From the NCBI GenBank assembly GCA_013115145.1, contig JAAPAO010000249.1:1-47078 (forward strand): a DNA stretch of 47,078 bases. The letters run 5' to 3'. The notes under the pieces are model-generated. The model did no database searches. It worked only from the letters and a program-made list of their open reading frames with translations, and had not been told where the DNA came from. Source of the DNA: Perkinsus chesapeaki ATCC PRA-425 (taxonomy: Eukaryota; Protista; Perkinsozoa). The position numbers and the translations under genes were made by a program. The stretch's first letter is position 1; every line of letters begins with the position of its first letter. Positions 21,184 to 31,144 of the stretch are shown here, in pieces.

Positions 21184-24054
21184 ATGTTTGGTAATGGTGG
21201 TGGCCATCACCTTCACTCTAATGGACCCATACCTCTCAATTTGCCACCTAAATCTAGAGTAGTAGGAGGAGGGTTACCAGGAGAGATTGATACTATGGGG
21301 GTTGATACTAGGTAAGTAGGATAAGTATTGGTATTGGTACTGTATTACTAGATACTCCCCACCAGTAGCACCACCATTACCACCACCATTACATAACACT
21401 AATATGGATGTAGGTCCACCTACTAGAGGACCTGATGGATATTCATGGGAGGTACACAGAGGGGTGATGATGATACACATGATGATGATTGATAATTGTT
21501 ATTATAACTTTATATAATTTAATATATTATTATGTATTTAGAATCTAGTCTTTGAGACCATAGACCCTAACACACCAAGTTTAGCAGTTAATCTACCAGT
21601 ACCATTAGATAGAGCAGGTTTAGTAGTAGGGGTAAGAGGCAATACAGTTAGGGTAATAATAATAATAATATGTTCGAAAACTACTTATTATTATTATTAT
21701 TATTAGGGTTTAGAAGCTCAATGTGGTGTTGAGATAAGTGTTGCTGTACGAGATGATGATCCATTACGAGATCCGTCAACTAATACAACACATGTTCATG
21801 TGAGAGGGCCTAAATATGGGGTATATGAGGCAATGCAAAGGATAAGGTAATAAGAACAAGAATAAGTTTATTATTTGATAATAACAACAAGAACTTATTA
21901 TTATTAGTGATTTATTCCGTTACCGTAATCCATTACCTGATCCACTACATACCCTACCAACCCCTACACTACTAGCATCATCAAGTGATAGAATATCACA
22001 ACAACATCAACAATCATATCATTTAACACATCACATACCAGCACCACCACTACCAACAGCAGCAGCACCGCATCATAGCGCATATGAAGCAGATCCTGAA
22101 TCAATATCGGCAATAGATAAACCCAATCTGGTAGTAAGGATAGTATGGCGGCGGTGGTATAATATTATCCTATATAATAATGTTAGTGCTGTTGTATCAG
22201 ATATCATTTGATATATTGGATGACCATTGTGGTTTGGTGATAGGAAAGAGAGGTAGAATGCTTGCAGACCTCAGAGATGAATCAGGAGCATCGATTGAGT
22301 TAATATCGGGAGATGATCCAACACAACCAAAGTAATCCTTATCCTAAGTATTTATATATCATTTAATAATACCTTGTTGTTGATGTTCCATTAGGAAATG
22401 TTTGGTATGGTCTACAAGTCCAGATAAAGTAGATGATGCATTAGTTAGACTGGCAAGAGTCCTATCAAGGTTACCAGATGCATTACCGGTACCACCACCT
22501 AAGAATCCTCAGGCTGAAGAGAGGGTAAGAATAGGAAGGATAGTATCTTAGCTTTAACCCTGCAAGATACACTAGAGCTTTAATCTGAATAGGCACTGAA
22601 TCCCCGTTGGGTAGATGAGGACTTTGGCCACAATGGCCCAGCACTGCCTGGTGGGACACCTGGTGGAGGGTAGGTGGCTAGTTGATGTTCTCCTATTATT
22701 TCATTATATGTTGTCAGATTATATCTCCCCCGCGGTGTTGCCGCCGATATACGAATGGATAGTGTACCTGCTGCTGCTGCTGCTGCAGTAGCAATATCAT
22801 ACTTTGATTCACGTGAAGCGGTTGATGCATGTGCACCACGTATTATCATTGTTATCATCGATCACCTCATGGTCGATTCTACCATCACCACCACTAGAGT
22901 CCTCCTTTTCTTGGTCAGATCGTGACACTCCTTTGGATACCCCTGTAGAGTATTATGTAGATGTTCCAGCTGATAAAGTTGAACTTTTAACTGACCGTAC
23001 CATGCAGGTAGTAGGATTTAGTTGGGCGTCACGCTTCCCTACGGCCACGGGAGTGGGAGTAGCGCAGCAAGGGCTGGCAGGACCACCAAAAACGCGTGTC
23101 TAGCGAAACACCCAACCCGGGAACTTAGCACGCCGTTTTGCGCCGCATAGGTCGCAGGACAACGCACGAGTTCCGGATGGGGGTGGTGGTCCAATAGTAC
23201 GAGAAATCGTACGCCAGCACTGCGAGATGATGGCGAGTACTCTACACGAGCTCGCGCATCACCTCCACCGTGACAGTAGGGTGAAATGAAAGAGAAAAAA
23301 AATGGATGCCACAACTTAAGCCAAAATACCTAACCATTACTAATGACAAACCAAGGAATGTACAGTCTGTTCACGCTGCACAAGCTAGGGCCAACCCTCG
23401 CCCGCCCGGATTCCTATTTGTGTTATAATATGACTAGCGCGTGTGGCCCAACTAACCTTGTCTACTCTGTAAACATCATATAATTAATAATAATATTATT
23501 ACCCTTACCGGGGTTTGAACTCAGGACCTTCGACGACGATCACAGTGCTATGTAGAGGTATTGGATATTAATGTTAATGATAAAAAGGAAGGAGATGCTT
23601 TAATGTGGCGTCGGTTAATGTTATATGGTATGCCAGTATCAATACATTATGCCATAGTTAAATTAAAGGATATAATGAAAGGAGAAGGTAAATAATAATA
23701 GATAGATTATTAACTTGACAGTGCACGATTTAATGGTTAGTTGTTGATGTTGGTGAGGAGGCTATTATAACAGTTAAAGATTATCCTAAGATAGGAGAAG
23801 GTAACGAGGCTATTGACTAGGTTTATTGGTAATGATATGGTATTATTAATAGGGGATTATTCAACTACAACAACAACACAATATAGTCGAATGCAGGATG
23901 AAGCTGATGCTGAGAAAGGAGAAGTAAGAATGGTGATATTAATAATAAATAGTGCTTATTGTTATTATTCTTTCAGTATGATGATCAATGGCGAGCCTAT
24001 TATGGCGAATTACACGCTTCAAATCCACCATCAAGATACTCAAAACTACCTTAA
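21184..24054 (+). CDS. Multi-KH-domain RNA-binding protein (FUBP/KHSRP-like), multi-exon; start approximate
   Basis: KH1 VPLDRAGLVVGVRGNTVR|GLEAQCGVEI, KH2 ILDDHCGLVIGKRG..ESGASIEL, a degenerate third KH (VDVPADKV..RLMLYG), and a C-terminal YDDQWRAYY motif. Confidence 0.75.
23018..23455. mobile_element. GC-rich insertion with imperfect 17-bp terminal inverted repeats in a KH-gene intron
   Basis: TTAGTTGGGCGTCACGC (23018-23034) matches the reverse complement of GCGTGTGGCCCAACTAA (23439-23455) at 15/17. Sharp GC rise inside a 538-nt intron (23008-23545). No target-site duplication found. Confidence 0.5.
23501..23534 (-). other. tRNA 3'-half/B-box-like fragment in KH-gene intron
   Basis: Minus strand GTCGAAGGTCCTGAGTTCAAACCCCGGTAAGGGT; shares CGGTAAGGG with the copy at 6193. 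Confidence 0.6.
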
Positions 24055-24107
24055 TAATATATTTAACATTAACAGTTACGTTATTGTTGTTGGTATTGAA
24101 GTATACA

Positions 24108-24730
24108 ATGTCAATAAAAGGGAGGCAGGGTTTAGTGGTTTTATTATTATTGTTGTTTATGAGGTTAAGTCGTATTCTGCGATCTACTAGTGAAGTACTA
24201 CAGAAATCAGATTATATTAAAACAGAAGGAGTTCATCAAAGAGTCTTTAGATGGGGTATTGGTAACAGGTTTAGAGCAGTTAATGCTAATAGATATCAAC
24301 CTGTACATCTTGAAAGGGTTAAAGAAGTAAGAATGATAGCAACAACAACAACACCAACAGCAGCGTGGGGGCAGTGACACTGGCAGGTAACACTTAATAA
24401 TGATTACTATGACAGTCCTGATACAAATATAAGATGGGATGATTTCTCGGAATGTTGGGAAGTGTATTGGTATGAGAATGAAAAGTTAAATGCAAAACCA
24501 TTTCCAGTAAGAAAAATGGAGCAAGTGGGAATCGAACCGGCATCGATCCTTGAATAATAGGTTAAGAAGTTTGGTATTAAATGGTCAAAAGAAGAGGCTA
24601 AGAAGTTTTATAATGAATTAAAGGAAGATGGTCGAGTTCATGCTAGACCATCTCATAAGAGTAATGATGATTCTATAATGTGGGATGAAAGAATGCAAGG
24701 TTGGACAGTTAGCTATTGGCAAAATGGAAG
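24108..24730 (+). CDS. Small ApiAP2-domain protein with a mitochondrial-presequence-like N-terminus; exons after the MITE-containing intron unresolved
   Basis: AP2 domain IRWDDFSECWEVYWYENEKLNAKPFP|VKKFGIKWSKEEAKKFY and the start of a second one, IMWDERMQGWTVSYWQNG. N-terminus MSIKGRQG..RLSRILRST is basic with no acidic residues. Confidence 0.8.
24512..24544 (-). other. tRNA 3'-end-like fragment (B-box, ..CTCCA, T5) in AP2-gene intron (24507-24560)
   Basis: Minus strand GATGCCGGTTCGATTCCCACTTGCTCCATTTTT. Confidence 0.65.
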
Positions 24731-24755
24731 GTGAGATAATGAATATACTAACATA

Positions 24756-25205
24756 CACCGCGCCTGGTCAAATTCTTATCAACTCGTGTTCTTTAGGGGT
24801 TTAAGAACAACTAAGGTGTACTCATCAACGATTACCTCAAGGATACGTTCCCTAGTCAAAATAAGTATATCCTCCAAGTTTCAACTCATGTCATTTAGTG
24901 AAGAAAGGATGAGCTTTACAATGGTGTATGTGATTAGGTCTGAATCATCTGCTTTAATATACTTACCTAACAAAAACATGAATTTTGCGTGCATTTTCAA
25001 GCTGTGGTTTCTAAGAATGTGTTGCACCCATTTTGCACAATTCTTTTAATTACTCACTACTGACTAGGAGTTTGGCTCTGAAACTTGGAGGGTATACTTA
25101 TTTTGACTAGGGAACATATCCTTGAGGTAATCGTTGATGAGTACACCTTAGTTGTTCTTAAACCCTTAAAAACACGATTTGATAAGAATTTGACCAGGCG
25201 CGGTG
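24756..25205. mobile_element. 450-bp non-autonomous DNA transposon (MITE), Tc1/mariner-like
   Basis: ~127-bp near-perfect TIRs (24756-24883 vs 25079-25205, starting CACCGCGCCTGGTCAAATTCTTATCAA) with TA on both flanks (24754-24755, 25206-25207). No transposase ORF inside. Confidence 0.92.
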
Positions 25206-25589
25206 TATATTGTGCTACTTATTACAGCAAGACCACCCATTCATGACGTGACAATTATTACTATTATTAGATTATAGTCCAGCTGCTGTTGCTGTGTGGT
25301 ATCGTGCTGCACGATTGGTGTTATGTACCTTATATCTATCGATTATTAGTATGTGTTGGACTATTCAAGGACTCGTCAGGCGACATCTGACCAGGATCGA
25401 TTCTATTCCCGACCATGTTGTATATAACGTTGGATAAATGACTTATGGCAGAGGGAGAAGAAGTTTTGAATCACAATTATCATCCTAACTGCTCTAAGAT
25501 AGGATAATTGCACGTTCATTAGGGAGACTATAACGGGGAGCTCTATAGTACCCGTACGCGTATACATGCACGCGTAAACATGTCATGTC

Positions 25590-26648
25590 ATGGGCGTGGC
25601 TGCAGAAGGCCACACCAGAAGGTTGTCCTCACAAGAACTAAGGGACTACTTCCTAGAACAAAGCTACTTTAGGCTGCTTATCCCCCGCACTTTGCTACTA
25701 GCGTATGGGATAACGACTAATAATAATTGTTGTTGTTGTTGTTGTTATTTAGGCCAAGAACTGCTACCTATAGTGCAAGTAAGCATGGATTCTATAAGGC
25801 AGAGGATAAGGCTAAAGAAGTATCAAGAGATAGTCAAAGTACATATTGGAAAAATGAATTATATAATAACTATACACAACCACAACAACCATTACCATGA
25901 TGATAATGATAATCGTTATTTAATGTTATATGCGTTTCTGTTATATGACATTGTTTGATATTAGTTAATATCATACATTATACGACAGACTACTACTCAT
26001 TTAGGGTATATGTTTTACATGTCATATTTAATAATGAAACTCATTACTACTACATCTACTACTACTCACCCTATATTAATGTATCTGTCATATAGTGATA
26101 CTAGAGATGCTTTTATACGTACAGCTATAATGTATTTATGGTGGCTTCAATGCCATAATAAAGGAATCAATAGCTCAAGAGAAAAGATGATATCTGATAC
26201 ACTTAAGAACGGTTTGAGTATAACCAAACTCGGTAGGGAGTTTGGTATATTTATTAATGGTGGTCCCCGCCGCCACCACAGGGCCAAGAAGGAGACTATT
26301 ATTGATGTTATTGACCTAATGCTCCTTCAACTAGATCATATCATATTATTAAATGCAATGGGCGTAATTGATATATCATCTGATAAGAGGAGACGTGTTG
26401 AATTATTATCGTTTTGGTTGTCTTTTATCCGTGATATTATAATATTACCTGATATGAAGGATAATCATATACAGTTGATAAGATGGATTCTTAGACAACC
26501 AATGTGGATGTTTTTAATATCACATTCTTCTAAATGGGATTGGTATAAGATGATATCATCTTTACCACATTTACCACAAATAGCCTCTATGTGCGGTCTG
26601 ATGAATGAGTTAATAGGGATAGTATATAATATATCATTATTATTATAA
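25590..26648 (+). CDS. Hypothetical protein, multi-exon
   Basis: Open exons at 25590-~25900 and a long open frame at 26010-26648 (RDAFIRTAIMYLWWLQCHNKG..WDWYKMISSLPHLPQ). No family recognised. Confidence 0.5.
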
Positions 26649-26972
26649 ACCTAATATTATCAATATTTCAATATGTACTATTATTATTGTGTTGTTACTT
26701 GAAGAAGGGCAGCGGCGGCGTCCAGCTGTAGGGGTGTAATCATTATACTTCTTACTACTACCAATCCTTTTCCAACATACCAATAATACCAGTGTTATGT
26801 GGTCCATCGAAAACGTAATACATCGACCGTTTATTCGCAACAACTGTTGTAAATGTTAACATAACTCCATTCTTACACTATCTCCTATTATATAGTATAT
26901 GTCCAAGCATGTGTTAGTATACAGTATATCATAGTAGGATGATGACATAAGGTTTAGGCTTGCTTATCTTTA

Positions 26973-29900
26973 ATGTTGATACGTTCTAGAGTGTATCTGA
27001 ACAATAAGAGGGCGGCAATAACCCTACCTAAGGAAGTTGATACTGTTATTATTGGAGGTAGGAGGATACATGATGATGATCATTAATAATAATAAATATG
27101 TTGTTTAGGTGGTATTATAGGTGTAGCTACAGCTTATCAATTAACTCGTATTACTTCATCATCATCATTACATAGTCACAGGGTGTTATTAATAGAACAA
27201 AACACATTAACATCGGGAACAACATGGCATGCGGCAGGCCTACAGACTGCATTAAAGGCTACTAAGTCATTATATATAATAATATCATACATTGTTATTA
27301 TTACATAACTCAGATGTGTTGCTAACATGGCTCGAGAGGGTCATAAACTTTATAAGACATTCGAAGAGGGAGTCGGTTGGGCTAAGACTGGTAGTCTTGG
27401 TATTGCTCGAAGTGAAGGTATTATTACACTGAGCAGCAGCAACAGCTGTTAGTGACAGTAACACTTTATTGTTAGAGATTTGGACACAATTATTGCAAAT
27501 GGCTAATGTATCTGAATCACTTGCTATACCTTATGAAATATGTGATGGTAATAGAATAAAACAGGTAAGGAACAAGCAGTTTTATATATAATGCTAACTG
27601 ACTACTTATGGACTTCATATAATCAAACGATATTCTGCGGTGCTGTTATAAAATAGAGAATATGATGATATTGAATGGTAAGATCAAATAATAATATTAT
27701 TATTATTCAGCTTCATCCATTCTTGGATACAACTGGAGTCTATGGTGGTATATATACACCAGAAGATGGTATTGTTAATCCAGCTGATGTTACTATGGCA
27801 ATGGCTGGTAATAATAATTATAATAGTAATGTTATACCTCTGCTGCTGCTGCTGTTGTTGTATAGTTCGAGCAAGAGCCCAAGGAGCCATACTATTGGAG
27901 AAGACACCACTTAAGAGAATATTAAGAGAAGGTCGTAGAGCTACTGGTATCGAAGTTGAAGATGGAAGTATTATAGAAACAAATAATATTATAATATGTG
28001 CCGGTAACATGGACAGTGGTTTGCTGTATTATTGTTATATTAATTATCAGGGCAATGGAGTAAAGGGATAGTTAATGATCTTAATATTGGTTATACATTA
28101 CCAACTGCAGTAGTACCACATCAGTATTAAGATATTAATAGATACCCAATATATAATAATAATTATTATTAGATATGTTGTATTTGATAAGATTAAAGGA
28201 GTTAATAATACATTACCAGTTGTCAGGGATTATGTTAATAAATTCTATTTAAAGCCAGAAGTCGGTATTATCATGATTATTTAGCTTATTATGGAGTGTA
28301 TTGATAGGTTGGTGGATTCATGGTTGGAGTATTCGAAGCTGATCCTGAACCACACTTACCAGAAGATGTTAAAGATAGGAATGCCACTTGCATTGTATGA
28401 TGACTTGTTGTTTTTGATATTATTATTATCATAGTAGTAGGTTCCAAGAGACATATCACATGAAGTATTCCCTGAGAGCATCGATAAGGCTGGTGTATGG
28501 CTTGAAGGTCATTATCGTTGTTGTTATTATTATTATTTATTTGTATAATACTACTCGTTAATCAGGTGCAATGAATACTATTCCAGCTTTACAAGAAGTT
28601 GGTATTAAAAGATGGTTACATGGTCCAGATACACATAGTTGTGATAGTGGACCTATTATGGGAAGGTTATTATCAACAGATAATATATTTATTAGTAACA
28701 ACAACAACAATAACAATACAACTTACCATTGTCATCATCATCATTCTTTGTATACTTTAGGTACTGGTTTCAACTCCCAAGGCATCCAGTGTGGTGCTGG
28801 TGCAGGGCTTGCTAATGCTGAATGGATACTTTATGGATATCCTAAATCATTTAAAGATGATTTTGTCGCGGCTGATATCAATCGTTGGTATCCTCCTTTA
28901 GCTGATGATCCTAAATGGTGTCAAAGTCGAGCAGCCGAGGAATATGGTTTAATGTAAGTGTGCAGTTGATGATGATGTTGTTGATGATGTTGATTAGTAA
29001 AGGTACGGTGTGCATTACCCCTACATGCAACATAGTGCTGGTAGAGACCGTCGACATTTACCTTTACATGAAGATCATAAGAATAATGGTGCATGTTTTA
29101 TTGAAGGATATGGATGGGAAAGAGCAGCTTATTATTTACCATATAACACCGATAAGAGTGATAATCCTTATTCATGGGGTATTGGTGGAACGGAATGGTT
29201 TGAGTTTATGAAAGAGGAGGCTCGAGCAGTACGTGAGCATGTTGGTATAATTGATATGTCATCATTTGGTAAACTAATGGTCAAAGGGAATGGATCATTA
29301 CAACTTTTACAATGGTTATGTACAGCTGATATTGATCGTCCTATAGGGTCGGTGATTTATACAGCAATGGCAAATGAAGATGGAGGAATGTTGGCTGATT
29401 TTACAGTATGTCGTTTGGGAGAGGAATCCTTTTATATAACAACAACTTCAAACCAACCTGAAATGATAAAAGATCATATCTTATGGGCAATTAATGAAAG
29501 AAAAGTAAAAGATATTGTTGATATAGAAGATATCACCGATGATGTGGCTGTAGGTGGTGGCGGCTTATCACTGTATTATCCAATACTACTACTTGATAGG
29601 TTCTATCAGTGATGGGACCAAAGAGCTTCCAACTTCTATCCAGTTTATCGAATGGAATTATTGATATGAATACCGAGATACCATTCTCCACAGCTATGGA
29701 TAACCTCATTATTGCTGGTGTATCTTGTCGAGCTCTTCGTGTCTCGTATGGATCCTTCATCGCTCCTATCCGATATAACCCTTTTAGGTATGTTGGAGAG
29801 CTTGGCTTGGAGTTACATGTTCCTAAAGATCAAGTTGAGAAGTTGTTCATCAGTCTAACTTCTTATGAATCAATTAAACCGGTAAGGATCACCACTCACA

Positions 29901-30649
29901 CTCCATATTATAATTTTACCCTAAGCGACTGGTTGGATCATTTGCTATGTTGGATTCTTTGAGGATTGAAAAGCGTTACCTTCATTATGGCCACGATTTC
30001 TCCCCAAAGGAAAGTGTCTTGGAAGTTGGTCTTGGATTCGCCTGCAAGTTCAAAACAGGTTAGTTATTGATGATCACTCTCGGATGGAGCTGACATGTTT
30101 AGATATCGATTTTATTGGTAAAGCAGCCCTCCTTGAAGAGAGGGCCGCAGGTGGATTAAAAAAGAGATTACTCAGTTTACAGGTAGGCAATAAGACAATA
30201 AGAAATTGTTAATGTTATTATATCAGCTCCAATGTGATCATGACTTGGACCTTAATAATCTGCCATGGTGGGGCCATGGGGCTGAATTGGTGTATCGAAA
30301 CGACAAGCTGGTTGGGTAAGCATTTTATGATGATATTAAATAATAAGGTCACAGTTGCCTTATTTTCAGTTACCTCAACTCAGCTGGTTATTCATCTGTA
30401 TTTGATTGTCCTATTGGTTTATGTCTTATTTCAGATGATAATGGTGCTGTTATTGATAACAATTACATAGACCAAGGTCACCAGCATCATCATCATCGTC
30501 TTTCATATTGATTTATTATTTCAGGTGAATGGACAGTACGTGTTAATCCAGTAAAAGGCAATGGGCCACTTATCTTAACCGCTAAAGTAACGGTTGGATG
30601 TATTTTTGATAAAACTGGCAAACGTCTGCGAGGTGATTATCATCATTAA
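26973..30649 (+). CDS. Dimethylglycine/sarcosine dehydrogenase family (FAD oxidoreductase plus GcvT folate-binding domains)
   Basis: DTVIIG|GGIIGVATAYQL, LLIEQNTLTSGTTWHAAGL, YTPEDGIVNPADVTMA, GWERAAYY, EARAVREHVGIIDMSSFGK, RVSY.GELGLELHV, LRIEKRYLHYGHD and end IFDKTGKRLRGDYHH*. Confidence 0.9.
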
Positions 30650-31144
30650 TCTGTCGTGTGATACTCTCTTTCCGTTTTATCATGTTTTCAACATCTTTCA
30701 TCCGTCACCATCCATGTTGAGTTTGTTCGAGTTTTACGCCCCGAGACACCAAAGAGTGAATCAGCGAGTCCAGATGGTTCCTGATGGGAGTCCACTTCCA
30801 TCCCGAGGGTTTTCACATTACAGCTCATATCAGCTGTTGGTCAACACCTTCGCCTTTTTCCCACTTTCCCGAAAATAAAGCGATTTACAAGGAACAAAGC
30901 TCTACTTCAGCATGATCTGCCTGGAGGAGGAGGAAAACTACTTTACACGTAAAATATATAAACGATCTTCATTAACCTTTTCCACATCTTCCACTACTAA
31001 ATAACTCAACAAATATTATCTATACCGCATTGGCGGCGGCGGCTGTTGTTGTTGCTGCTGATCATTGTTGTTGTAAATTATATATCGTTTCTATTATAGT
31101 GCATTAAGTATATCTAAATTATTATTCTACAGTCTAAAGCATCG

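Noticed and set aside
30660-30960. GC-richer segment after the dehydrogenase stop as a gene or TE fragment
   Set aside because: Stops or no recognisable motif in all frames examined, and no terminal repeats seen.
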